The notes beneath the pieces were generated by a model. It did no database searches and was not told where the DNA came from. It saw only the letters and a list, made by a program, of their open reading frames with translations. Shown piece by piece: positions 34,719 through 48,681 of a stretch of DNA of 64,000 bases; position 1 is the stretch's first letter, and each line of letters opens with the position of its first letter. The translations under genes and the position numbers were made by a program. Source of the DNA: Utricularia gibba (Eukaryota > Plantae > Magnoliophyta); contig NEEC01000010.1 in assembly GCA_002189035.1 (NCBI GenBank), positions 1,240,001 through 1,304,000 of the forward strand, written 5' to 3'.

Positions 34719-34797
34719 AAATTCCCTCATTCAAGACGACTGTGGAAAGGTGATTGCCCTAATTTGAGAGGAGTGTTTACGCATTCTTGAAGGTCCG

Positions 34798-35873
<1,076 letters not shown>

Positions 35874-37104
35874 AACTCAGGAAAGCATTGGCGAGTTGGA
35901 GTTGTTCCAGTCGACACTTGAAGGAATAAGAACATGATTTTTGGCATTCATTGGCCATGCAAATGGTCCATATCCATCCACAGTGTGGGGAAGACATGTT
36001 GTCTTTGTCTTGTTGCTAGTCAATTGGCATACTCGAGAGGATTTTGCCGTTGATGGCTGATTCATTTACATAATGATATTGAACAACTAATTTATGTGCC
36101 ATTTATAGATGGAATTGCCAATGGTTCGTATTGCTGATTTTGGGTTCGTGGTCGCTGGTCCGACCCGTGGGTTGAGCCTTAAAAGATGAACTACTATTTA
36201 TTTAAATAATTTTGGTCAACTAGAAACATATTTTTTTCATCTTTTGAACGTAAGGTACGCTTGGCTATAGTAACTAACGTTAATTACTTTCTTTTTACGC
36301 AAGCTTTTCAAAAATATGAAAAAGCGGTACTTTAATTGATAAGATATCATAAAAACTCTTAAATAAGAATTGATTCTAATTTATTTGAAATTAAACTCAA
36401 AACATATGGAATTTATTATAAATATAAGTTAATGTCCAAAAGCACTACTAATCGAAGGCCACGTCTGGTACAACAAGGTGGAGACTCAGGTGTTGGGATA
36501 CTAAATGTATCAAGAGGCTCATAACAAATATGAATACACTTAAACAATGTTCTGTAAAATTTTTATAACTTAATTTTACTATTATAGAAATACTTTTAAA
36601 AAATAGAAGTAAATTTAACAAAAACAAAAAGATTATAATGTTTTGAACAAATTTTTAATTTTGAACTAAATTTATTATTATTTATAATATTCATTATATT
36701 CAAAATAATGATTCATTAGATTAAAATAAAAACAAATTATAGATTTTGGAAAACAGAAAAAAAAATCACATCATACCGTAAGCAATAATTCTAAGAAAAA
36801 TTACTCTTGAATTCAATAACTGTGATGTTGGTCGATGAATTTGGAGAGAGAAGTTTTTACAAACCTTTAAAAATCACACCTTATAACTTCTGAAAAAGTT
36901 TTTTTATTATATGATTTTAAAATTACTTCTAATAAAAATACTTTTAAAAATAATAATGTTCTGAAAAAAAATAGCTTTTACTTTTCTATAAGTAAAAGTT
37001 TAACATAAAAATTTTGCAGAACACTTTTTTAATAAATAGATATGTCTTGAGATGAAAGGTTAAATCAGGATAAGATTTAATGGTTAGAGTGAGTATGAGA
37101 AACC

Positions 37105-37170
37105 ATTCGAATTAGCAAAAGCAATGTCTCCTTGCATAATATGGATTCCAAACATTGATGATCTGGATGT
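37105..37170 (+). other. Micro-NUPT: 66-bp fragment of plastid ycf2
   Basis: ATTCGAATTAGCAAAAGCAATGTCTCCTTGCATAATATGGATTCCAAACATTGATGATCTGGATGT = [22 protein letters not shown]; recalled Ycf2 reads [22 protein letters not shown]. Confidence 0.85.
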
Positions 37171-37689
37171 AGTATTAATATAAAATTTGATTATTAGAGT
37201 GAGTAGGATAGACTCAATAGGTTTAAGGAAGGCCTGTTAAACGAAACTAAAGGTTAAAAATAGAGGGAAATGCTTAGCGGTGTGGCATTAGATGCGTAAG
37301 AAAAGATAAGCCAGACACCAAATAAAAAATAGGAGAAAGATGCTTAGGTAAATAATTTATACTTAGATGTCGTGAGATATGCGAATTTAATGATGGGTTT
37401 ACTCTTTCAGTGGAGGAGATCGAGGATAAGAATGAGGATTTCACCCATCCACAATGTGGAGGCCTAAGATTGATGATCACTAGAAGGCCACTCGAGCTCG
37501 CTCTATGTGAGTGGAGCTATAGTTGATGTCAATGGCGACAATGTCAAGCCTTATGAAATCAAACCATTGTTCGACTTCTATGCCTGCATCACACTTGGTA
37601 AGAGCCCTGAGTCAAAGTGTAGCTATCCTCCCCTTAAGATCCTGCAACATGTCCTCTATCCCTCTTTTTCTCGCTCTCCCCACCGGACT

Positions 37690-37995
37690 GCTCAACTGAA
37701 GACTATGCCGTTAGTCTTATCTAGGTGGTATATCACTTCCACCCCATAATACTTGAGTAGCTCTAGTCACCTTCATTGTCTTAATTAAGTTATTTCTAGG
37801 TGAAGATGTACTTCGACTTTGATGGTCGGTGTATAACTTGCATCTACTTCCATAAAGGTAGTGCCGCTAGATTTTAAGTGTGAACACCACTCTTGCCAAC
37901 TCTAGATCATATAATGAGTAGTTCTTCTCATATGTATTGAGTTGGCGAGATGCATATGCGATCATGTTCCCTTTTGGCGTTAACACACATCCTAG
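37690..37995 (-). mobile_element. Degenerate Ty3/gypsy pol RNase H fragment; the surrounding 37.0-38.5 kb is probably more retroelement debris
   Basis: Minus strand reads [59 protein letters not shown], matching the gypsy motif [41 protein letters not shown]. Stops and frameshifts present. Confidence 0.85.
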
Positions 37996-38786
37996 TTATG
38001 TTCCTAAGGTTATCTTTTGTACCATTATTAGAACTCCATTTACCTATATAATACTATCATTTTGAGTATTCAATCTTTATAATTTTATGCTTTCTTTGAA
38101 AAATTTAGTACAAGGTTTAATATTCATTTGATTTATCATGAAAACCAATAAGAGATTTATCTTGCTGTAAAAGAGTAATCAACGAGATATAAAAGAGAAT
38201 AAAGATATAATAAGATAATTTTTTAAACATCTTATAAAATTATATAATCAAACATGAAATGAATCAAGTGAAAAAATGTCAAACTACGCACAAAGTCAAC
38301 AATCATTGGAGTTCTAGAATAATTCATCATGTGCTATAAATAACAATTACATTCTTATATACCTCATTGGATGGGACGTCAAAGACTCAGGGCTCCTAAA
38401 GCCGATTAGATACTTACCAACCTTGGAGATACATCAATTGGCACTGCGATGAATTATTTCAAAACATCCACACAACATTGCTAAAATTTGTTTTCCACCC
38501 CAAACTAGATTCCCCTTTTTCACTCCATGAATCAAATGTAAAGAAATGTTTTTTTGAGAGTATTTCTATTCTTTAAAAGAGTAAAAATATTTTGACAAAG
38601 AAAATATCTATTTTTATTTTTAATATTTTTGAAAACGTCTGCATTTTTAATTTTTTGAACGAGTAAGGGTAATTTATTTCTATTTCCTAAAAATATTTTC
38701 AGAAACCCGAAATCTTTTTTCTTTTCACAACTCGTAAAGTTGAGTACGAAGGGCTTCGTTGGGAGGATCCTCCTAAATTCCCGAAC

Positions 38787-41700
38787 ATGCCTCAATCATC
38801 TCCGATGGCTGAGACTGAAGCAGGAGAAAACGCACAAGTCACGAGCACCGCCAAAATCGGAACAGGTGCGTCGCGTGTCACTCCGCCGACTCGGAGGGAT
38901 CGGCGGATGGCAGCGAAGAAGGGGAAGCGGAAGAAAAAGAGACAGGAAATGGGGGAGGTGGCACGCAGGGAGGAGGAGAACCGGATGAACGATCCCGAGG
39001 AGCAGTTGAGGCTGCAGGCCGAGGAGGAGATGGAGAAGCGAAGTTTGGAAAAGGCGAGGATGGAGTTTGAGGAGCGGGAGAGGAGAATAATGGAAGAATG
39101 GGAGAGAAGTAGAGCTGAGCAGGAAAGAATCAGAGCTGAAGAAGAAGAAGAAAGTATTCGAAAACGGAGTCAGGTTCGTGATTATCCCGTTGATGACATG
39201 ATAACTTGTCATTATAGGTATTCTTTTTGTTATCGAGATTTGCAGTCTGGCTTCTCTGTGATGCACTGTTCGTCTTCATTGATCTTTGTTGTGCTATGTT
39301 TTTAAATCGTCGGCCTTCAGGATATGTCTCGGGCAGTCGTCGAAACCTGATTTTTGTGGGTTCTATTTTTGAATGATCAAACGGGATACTCAGACCAGCT
39401 TTAAAAATACTGTTGTTATGTTACCTTTCACACTTTATCGTAGAGTTCCTTGGACTTGACATGGTTTTTTCCGTGAGTCACAGAACGAATACGAGGAGAA
39501 AGCAGTGGATGAAGATGATTGGGAGTATGTGGAAGAAGGGCCTCCTGAAATTTTATGGCAAGGGAATGAGATTATTGTAAAGAAGAAAAAGATCAAAGTG
39601 AAAAGGGAAGATGCTCAAAGACTTCGAATTGAAGAGGTTCACTAATTTTACCAGCTTTTTACCCTTGATACAACAATTGCAGTGATTGTGGATGAGGTTA
39701 TGATTGTTATTATTATTATTTAGCAATTTTTTTCTATTCCAGGATCCAAACAGACCTACATCAAATCCTTTTCCTCCAGATTCAGAAGCTTTTGATGATT
39801 CCGTAAGTGGATCTGTTCTCTCAGCTCAAGACCTATTAGACAATGTTGCTCAGGAGACTCCAAATTTTGGCACTGAACAGGTGAATTTTCCTGCAATCTT
39901 GCTACTTCAGTTGTTTCCATTATTTAGTTTTTCCATTCATTGGCGTAGTCTTTCTATATATTAGAAATGTTCTTTCCACTTGTGAAATGACCAAAGCATG
40001 ATATGCTCTGCTTATACCTTGGCAGGATAAAGCTCATTGCCCTTTTCATCTGAAGACTGGGGCTTGTCGGTTTGGGACGCGATGCAGCAGGATACACTTT
40101 TACCCAAACAAGTCATGCACTTTGCTCATAAAGAATATGTACAGTGGCCCTGGCCTAGCTTGGGAACAGGATGAAGGTCTTGAGGTCTGTTAATAGGTCC
40201 TCGTGTGACTCAAGTATCCTGCATTAGATTAATAATTTTTTCAGTGATTTCTGCAGTGTCATCTTTCTGATTGCTGCAATTTTAATTGAATTTTTAGATG
40301 ATGCTAAATCAAGCTTACAGCCTGAACCCTGTAGGAGTATTAGATTTTACATGAAATATAGGTAATCGCTGAAATGTGTTCTTCTTTCATGGTTCATAAA
40401 AAGGGGACAGGTAGCTTAGAACGGCCAACATGAAGATATTGACTTGTACAGAGTGTTCGAATGATGTCATATTAAAATGCTGCTTGCATCGCTGCAGTAG
40501 TTGTCTGAAAATTATAAGTATGCAAAAGTACTGCCAGTTTTTGATTGATTCTTACCTAGAGATATGCCTCTTTTGCTTTCGTATGTTACACTGATGAATA
40601 TGGTAATCCAAAGATGTACAAATTTAGTCAACCACATGCTGTTATTCTTCCTTCTGATTGGTGTCTTAATTGGATATTTTGCCCTTTATCATCCTTGACT
40701 TCGAAAAGCATAATGTGGCGTTTATTTGGCTTGATGTTGGAGATCTCCAGCAAATCTATTTACAATCTTGCGGTTTGCTTGTTCAAAATAAGGTGATTTA
40801 TTCCTGCTTCAAAGGCAGGTGTTTTTGTTGACAGAATGTTTTGAGATGTATTTCAGTAGATCATTGTTTGCTTTATAATGGGTTTTTTTACACCAACTCT
40901 CAGTTCTATTGCATCATGCACAACATTTTGTATTTTTATTTCTCATGCCAGCACACAGATGAAGAGGTAGAAAAATCTTATGAAGAATTCTACGAGGATG
41001 TTCATACAGAATTTTTGAAATTCGGGGAGATTTTGAATTTCAAGGTTGGTTGTTTTTGCTGGAGCTTTGTTCATTAGTATCCTAACTTCCTGGAAATTTA
41101 GTCATCTTCTTGAATTGGAATTTCTAAGTTATGCTGGTGTGATTACGTGGTAGTCATTGTAAGTCCCAGGAAAAGATGAGTCATTCTGGTCAATATGTTG
41201 AAGCTGTAAAGATGAAATCAGTGGGTGGATTAAATTCATATGCTGTTGTGTGACAAATTGATAGGCATGTATCAGGTATGCCGAAATGGTTTGTCTCATC
41301 TGCGGGGAAATGTCTATGTGCATTACAAATCTCAGGATTCTGCCACAGCTGCTTTTCAATTCATGAACGGACGCTATTTCGCTGGAAAACAGGTAACAAC
41401 TAGCTGCTAGCTACTTTCTGGATTACTGTAGGTGTCTACTTTCATAAGCAGTACCCTGTTTGTTCTTACATCATAAACCTACAGAGTTTTCCTTGCCTGC
41501 GTTTAGACTGTTGTCCACCAGTGCCGTTGATGCCTGTTTGTGATGCTTTCTTGGTATCATTGCCTTAATCGCATACGGTCCCTGTTCATGTTTGAACTCT
41601 GTCAAAGCCGATCTTTATGTGCAGGTTTTGTGTGAATTTGTTGGGATAACTCGATGGAAGGTCGCTATATGCGGAGAATTTATGAAATCGAAACACCGGG

Positions 41701-42616
41701 TACAATTTTTGAGCTGATCTGCCATTGCAAGATTATCTTCCAGTAAGCTCTCCCTATCTTCATGACTACAACAAATTGCTTTCCCTTGCTAGACATGTTC
41801 ACGTGGGATATCGTGCAATTTCATTCATCCCTTCCGGAATCCTGGAGGGGACTACGAGTGGGCCGACTGGGATAAACCGGCTCCACGGCACTGGCAGCGG
41901 GAGATGGCCGTTCTATTTGGTACTTCAGATGAACAAGAAAGTCCAAGGTACTCCCAGGGCATTGGCGGGGGAACATGTGGAACTCGCGTTCATTGCAGTT
42001 TTTGGGGATGCAATGATGCGGCTTATTTTTCTGGTGCAGGTATGGTTCCCACAGATCCCATTCCCCAGAAAGCGTTTCAGATACTCGACGACGACGCAGT
42101 ACCAGTTTGCATCGAGAACAGAAGCACTCAGATGACCACTTCCGGAGACAAAGTGATGGAAAGTCTAGATGGAGAGATGAACCTCACCATGCTAGGAGCC
42201 CACCAACTGACAAGGATACAAATGGGAGATCAAGAAAGCACGCTAAAGGTAAGCACGCCGGCTCCCCTGAGAATGGTAAACATTTGCACACGAGAAGCAG
42301 AGGATCCAACAGCGAGCACGGCACAGTGAACGGATGGGACAGAGAAAACGACAAGGGGCTTCAAACTGTGGATGGAAACCCGGAAAACCAAGTCTCAAAC
42401 CACACAAATGACAGAAGAAGCAGAAGATCTCACGACATGAGATTCAGTGGTGAGCTTAAGAGAAAACCAGATGCTGATCACCCTTATGATGATGACAAGC
42501 GCAGAAGACAAAGAGCTCACAGCAAAGATGGTTCAAAGAAACCAGACCTCTCTCACGAAGAAACTGATGTTTATAACATGGAAGGCATGATAGATCGATG
42601 GGAACCAACCCTATGA
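38787..42616 (+). CDS. ZRSR2: U2AF35-related splicing factor ZRSR2/URP (CCCH zinc finger protein 5; maize RGH3 ortholog)
   Basis: Acidic coiled-coil N-terminus, ZnF1 [57 protein letters not shown], ZnF2 [25 protein letters not shown]-rich tail. Start is 38787 or 38805. Confidence 0.94.
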
Positions 42617-43029
42617 ACATATCAGGGCATGATGCAACTGTTGGCATAACAGGAAACATCCTGTAGATGAGTTTTTTTGCAAGGGAATTAGCGAACCTGT
42701 GTTTGAATGCAGGATATGTGCCGTTCACATAGCACAGTTAGAAATGAGTACAAAAGGAATTAGCAGCACTGAGCCTGCGTTGAATGCATTCAAGTTAAGC
42801 ACAATGATACGCTCCCGCATGGGAGTTTTTTTCTTCATACAACAGGAGCTGAGCATACAAGAGAGCAAGTAGCCTCCAATGCATACAACTTGGTTCCAAG
42901 ATAACCAAAATGATGGGACACATCATTCGTGGAGACGAGGATAAGCCAATCTATTCATGATACTCAAGGTGGGTTACGTGTGCGCCCCTAAAATTATTAG
43001 AACACAACTTACCGGCATACTGTACTTGG

Positions 43030-46000
43030 TCAGTACTCCGAGCCGAGAGTAGATGACTGCTCTTCAGGTCCAACAATGGCCTCCAAATGGAGCTTCGATG
43101 ATTTGAACTCTCCCAGAGGAAGCTTTATCCGGGGTGAAAGCATCTTGGCTTCCTCGCTGGTGTAGATGTATATCTTCTTGTTCTTTACCATTGTGCAGAA
43201 CTCACTGAAAGAGAGCAAAACAAGATTAGTGAAACTGAAGAGTTTTTACGCACAATGCAGAGATCAGGAGCGTGTATGAGGAATCTTCACTCAACTGCCA
43301 TGGATCATCTCCAACCATCATCATGTCACCTTCATCATCAGTGTAGACAACTTGCCATTTCTTGGTCGTTCCTGTGAGTTCACCTGCAATTTCGAATAAA
43401 TCTTCCAGTTTCTTGAGTAGTTCCTCGTAGCAATAGAACTTGGTTAGATCAACAGCTCTCCCCACTGCAATCCCTTGCATGTGGACCTATACAAGATCGA
43501 CAGAGCTTATCATTCAGTCATGCTTGACCACAAAACTTTGACAATGACTGAAGTTACCATTTTAGCAGAATTCACAAGAGGATTGGAAATCAGGTACCTT
43601 GGTACAACTGCGATTTTGCCGACTCAGAGTTGTCTCGTGAGGGGATCTTACAGATGACTTTTCAGGATCACAACTAACATTAGATGGATTATGGTTTGAC
43701 GGTTCTGATTGTTGCTCGGATTCAGCATACAAAGGAGGACAATGGTTTTCAGCAACTGCTCCAGATGGGCCAGCAAGCATAGCATCTTCATCAGCTGGAT
43801 GATCAAGCAACTCTATTCCAAATAGCCTGCAACGAGTCATCTGTCTTTTCTCACTGACCGGGGTAAGAGATTCAGCTGCAGCTTCCATTCGAGTAGACTG
43901 GTACATAGAATTGCTCGAGGTGGGTAGCAAACTTTCAAAATTCATATTACTGGCTCTGGCTGCAGAACTATGCTTAGGTGACTGATAGAGCTCCCGACCC
44001 CGCAATGGATCACGATAACTGAATGCTGGAGGATCAGAAGGAAGTTTCCGTACACCTACAATCATCAAACATCAGGCTTTCAAAAACTCGGTGCAACAAA
44101 AAAGGCTGTGCAGTAATGAAAAAGTAAACTAAAACCAAGTGAAAATAGCTCGAGTTTACCAAGTGAAGATAGCTCTGGTGTAGATGAATTCAGCACAGCT
44201 GGCCTAGTGCGTTTAGCACGCTGTTGCGTCTGAGAATTTGGAGGAGTTGCAGCAACCAGCGGTTCTACTTCCCATGGTGAAATTTTATCTGGCCTCACTA
44301 TTGAGGAGGGCTCATCCCATTGAACCTGGATTCACAAGATCACTTAAATGATCAACTAAAATGCTGGAAAGCAAACTTCTGTTCTCATAAACAAGACGAC
44401 CCAAGCTTCTTCCATCATCTACTAAACTAGACACGACCCTCCAAAAGATAACACATTGAGGTATACAGTATATCCCCTCTAAGTTGAGAATCTTTCCAGG
44501 CAATGATAAAGAAGCCGATCACCCATTATGGCACTACATAAATGACTTTTGATGCTGCAAAAATAAACAACCATTTATCAAAAGATGCACAGCAAAAACC
44601 AACCTTCAAGGACCTCCATTCAGAATCGGGCCAGGGAGATGAATCATCACTCTCAATGCCAACAATTGTCCCGCTAAACCTGCACTCTCACATGAGAATG
44701 ATTGTTGTCACTAAACCATTAAACCGACAATCATTTTAAATTTCATTGCACAACAAGCGAAAACTACAGCATTTACTTTCTTTCAGGAACCTCTTCACCC
44801 TCAAATCTCATCTTAAACCTCATCCCCACTGACAGCTTGTTATTCTGAGCTTCAAGGTACTTGTTTACACTTATAATGAACTCAGACCGGCTAGTCCTGC
44901 AAAAAAAATGTATATTATTCAAGATTCCTGGTTGGAAAGACCATCACTGGCGTGGCCTATGTAACTTAACTGTAATGGTGCAAGTCATACCTTGGTTTAT
45001 AAAAAACTGAAAACATAGATCCAGTTGTGATAGCATGTGATGCAGTTGCAAGCACTCCGAGATGCATGCTGTGACTTGATATCACTGAGGATGGCATATT
45101 ATTCAGCTGCCTCATAAGCCTTCTCACACCAACCCGAAGTTCCGCATTTTCTCCCCTGCCCAAGGTCAGTAATGATGTTCAAGTACAAACTTCAGTACAG
45201 CAAGTTTTATAAATTATCTTCACAAAACCGTACCTTAGAAAAATAAAAGCATCTCCAGCTACCAATTTTTTGGCACTAACAAATACACTCCACCCCGTAG
45301 TCAGCAAATGTCGCCTCGGTTGACCTACAAATTTGATCACTTAGCACCAACAGTGGACACTAGAAATCTGAAATATGATCTACTACTGTGAGACAAGAGA
45401 GGGCATTGCGTTGATGTGTATCAATCGCTTTGAGTGGGGTTTGATCCACTTCGCAAAAGTGAAACTGAACCAGAGTCATCCAGCATATGCAATTGGAAAA
45501 ATTTATGGAACTAATAAGATACAGACCTCGAAAAATGTGACGAAAATGCCATTCGTTGCCATGGAGATCAGACGCCACTAACTCCTGCGAGGGAGGCTGC
45601 TGGGACATATCCTAAAGCATGGATATGGTCATCAGTATGTTCATGCCTCAAAAATTCATAAACAACATGTTCTAAATCTTGGGTCCTTACAAGTTGGGGC
45701 AAGCAATCATCAGCATGCCTCCTTAAAACTGAGAACCCACCATGGGTGCTCGTGTCAGAGGCTGTAAGGGTCTTACAAAACGAATGGACTGTGCACCTTG
45801 GAGGCTCTGGGGCTGGTGGATCTGGACTTGTGACTAAACCTTGCTGATCCATGTAACAGAAACAAACTAAGATTTCACATCAACGAGTAACTCAAAGAAA
45901 AGAGAACGGGACTAGAACTGTACTCACATCTGGTTCAGGAAGCAACGTTATCTGTGCATACACTTCATCCGTATCAGGCTCAGCCTGAAATTGGAAACAA

Positions 46001-46572
46001 TGCATTTGGCAGAAAATATTTAATAACCGTACGTAGAAGTTTTGGAAACAGAAAGTCCAACCAAAGGATAAAAATCGTTTCTTTAATTGAGAATCTTACC
46101 CGCAGCTGAACATGCATCACTTTGCAGAGGATTTTGCTGGGCAAATCAAATGAAGGAAGTTGCTGCTCTAATCCATGATTTGTCGACGCCTCAAGCTAAA
46201 ATCAATAAATTAATTACATCTGCAGCTAAGGCGCGAGATCAAACACAAAGATATAAACGAAATGGTAATTTGAAGAAAGGGCTCATTGGCACATCTTTGG
46301 GAAACAATTTTGAGAGTTAAAATCAAATGGAAAACAGAAGCACTGCAGTGCAGACCAAAAAATGAAATCTCATTCAACTATGCAGTTTAACGAGCGCAGA
46401 AAAGCCAAACCTGTTCCATGTAACCTTGAGGAAAGTAATAGACCCTTTCTCCTTCACGTGGTACACTGACTATCGGACCAGCACAGGCATGCCAAAGCTC
46501 TCTGTATAGAGCATCGTTTGGAGGACCCACAGGAGGGCCTCCATTGAAATTATTTGCAGAAAGACGAGCCAT
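43030..46572 (-). CDS. ARF1: Auxin response factor 1 (class B repressor ARF)
   Basis: 13 coding exons: [41 protein letters not shown]3 [41 protein letters not shown]1 [24 protein letters not shown]. 5'UTR intron at 47185-46623. Confidence 0.96.
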
Positions 46573-47196
46573 GGTGAAACTCTTCACCCTTCAGTACTTC
46601 TATTGTTCGCTACGCACAAGTTCTGCATCACAAATGATCAAAAGCAGAGAGTTTCAAATCCTCTAGAATGAAGTTCATGCAGGCGCCCCTTTGAATCAGC
46701 AAACGAAACAGTACCTGGAATTAGCTCAGGGAGATTAAGTGGAAAAATCCTATACTTTTACAAATTTCTCTGTCTACAGGGAATGCAACCTCACATTAAG
46801 CCTAGCAACAGCAACAGAATTCAACCCAAATACCTCAATACGAAGTCAACTGCAAAATGATATGATCTTCGATCACAATAACATCATCACCTTATCAAAT
46901 CCAATTTCAACACAGCTTATATCTAAGTTTAACGCCCCCCTGTCCTAATCCTCCCTCATGCCATCTCAACCTATCAACCGGACACTGTGCACCAAATTAA
47001 CACTGACGATCCAAAGACAAAAGCACAAAAAAAGAAGGAAAACGACAACCCATCCATAGGTTCCTACATTAAACTAAAACTGCCCAAGGTCCCAGAAACG
47101 CAAGCACTCATCGACAAAATTCAAACCACAAAATCGAAAAAAACCCCAACACGAAAAATTAAAAATTAAAGGGCTAAAAACATACCACGTCAGGAA

Positions 47197-47268
47197 CTAT
47201 GTTAGCTCCCCCCCAAGATTCCCACAAGCCGACCAAAACCCTAGAAAGTCCACGCTTCCTTCCCACAT
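47197..47268 (-). other. 23-aa upstream ORF in the ARF1 leader (MWEGSVDFLGFWSACGNLGGELT)
   Basis: ATG at 47268, TAG at 47199-47197, in the non-coding first exon just before the donor at 47185. Confidence 0.5.
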
Positions 47269-48681
47269 CCAAACCAAACGACGGTTTCTCCCAGGAGTCA
47301 ATTAACACCCACGTCAAAGTCTTCCACTCCCTTGAAACCACAGTCGAAGCAGAGCAAATAAAGGAGGAAAATCCCACCTTTCTTTGTTTCCCCAATCCGG
47401 GAACGCGCAGGAAACGGATAGAAAACAAAAGAAAGAAGGAAAAGAAAAAAAAAAAAGCAAAGTAAAAGGGGGGGTGGGGTACAAGGAGAGAAGAAAACAA
47501 GATAAGGACGTGGTGGGCTGTTGATGGTCCCCTTGCTCGGTAGAAGCCGACAGCAAATGGGTAGTCCCGCATGTGTGAGCGAAAGAACACACATATGTGT
47601 CTCCCACCGGTGGCTTGGCCGACTGTACAGTGTACACCACACGACTACAGAATATGAGCATACGTTGCATAATTTAGGCAAAAGTTTGGTCATCTTTGGA
47701 CATAATGACATCCTACAAACAAGGACTAGGACAGCAGCTGCCCGGGTGGGGGTTCTCCCTTGTCAGGATTTCCTTTGGATTACGTGTGGATGCTGCTGCG
47801 CGTATATTATCTTTGAACCCAAGACTACTATTCCCACCTTCCTTCATACAGCCCCCCAAACCCAACTTTGTGTCACCTGTAGGTACACAAACCCAAAAAC
47901 CAAAGTAAATTGGTCAAATAGACAGATATCTGCAAAATTTTTAATTACGAAATATCCTAATTTCTTAAATATTAGTAAAATAGCTTTACTTTATATATTT
48001 ATTTTCTAAATAATCTCATTTTTTGTATTTTATATAATAAAAATAATTCATTTATATTTATAATAAAATAAATACATGATAGGAATACAAAATAAAAAAT
48101 AATTTATATTTATTTAAATTGAATTTCTTTTAGATATTCCTACGTAAGTTATATATAAACGTTATTTATGTATATTTTGAATATAATAATTAATGTTATA
48201 AAATAATTATATAAGTTAAATGATTATATTTTAATATGATAATTTTTACGTATATGTATGTTAAAGAATTATATATTTATGAAAAATTATTAATATCATT
48301 AATTATATTAAATATACATTATAAACTTATAAATTTATTATTCTTCTTTCATAAAAAATTCATACAAACAAGGGTTTATACCATACCCCAAACCCATGTA
48401 TATTAGAAGGTGGGATGAGAAGATGAGGATGCCAATTCATTAAATTATAACATATATTATAATCCGTTACTATATTTGATTCTTCATTATGTATATATAT
48501 ATTTTTTACTTTCCTTTAAAAAATTATGGTAATTAATGTTAATTAATATTACAATAATTATATTATTTATTTAAAAAATTACTTAAAATATTCAAAAAAT
48601 TAATTTACCACATTTTTTTTGTTTATCCTAATGAATTTGATGTTGAGAAATTTTATGCAATTCTAAACCCTAAACCACATG

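Noticed and set aside
40214-41086. U12-type donor-like GTATCCTG (40214) and GTATCCTAAC (41077) in ZRSR2 introns
   Set aside because: Neither matches RTATCCTTT fully or sits at an exon end, and the canonical GT-AG junctions already give the correct protein.
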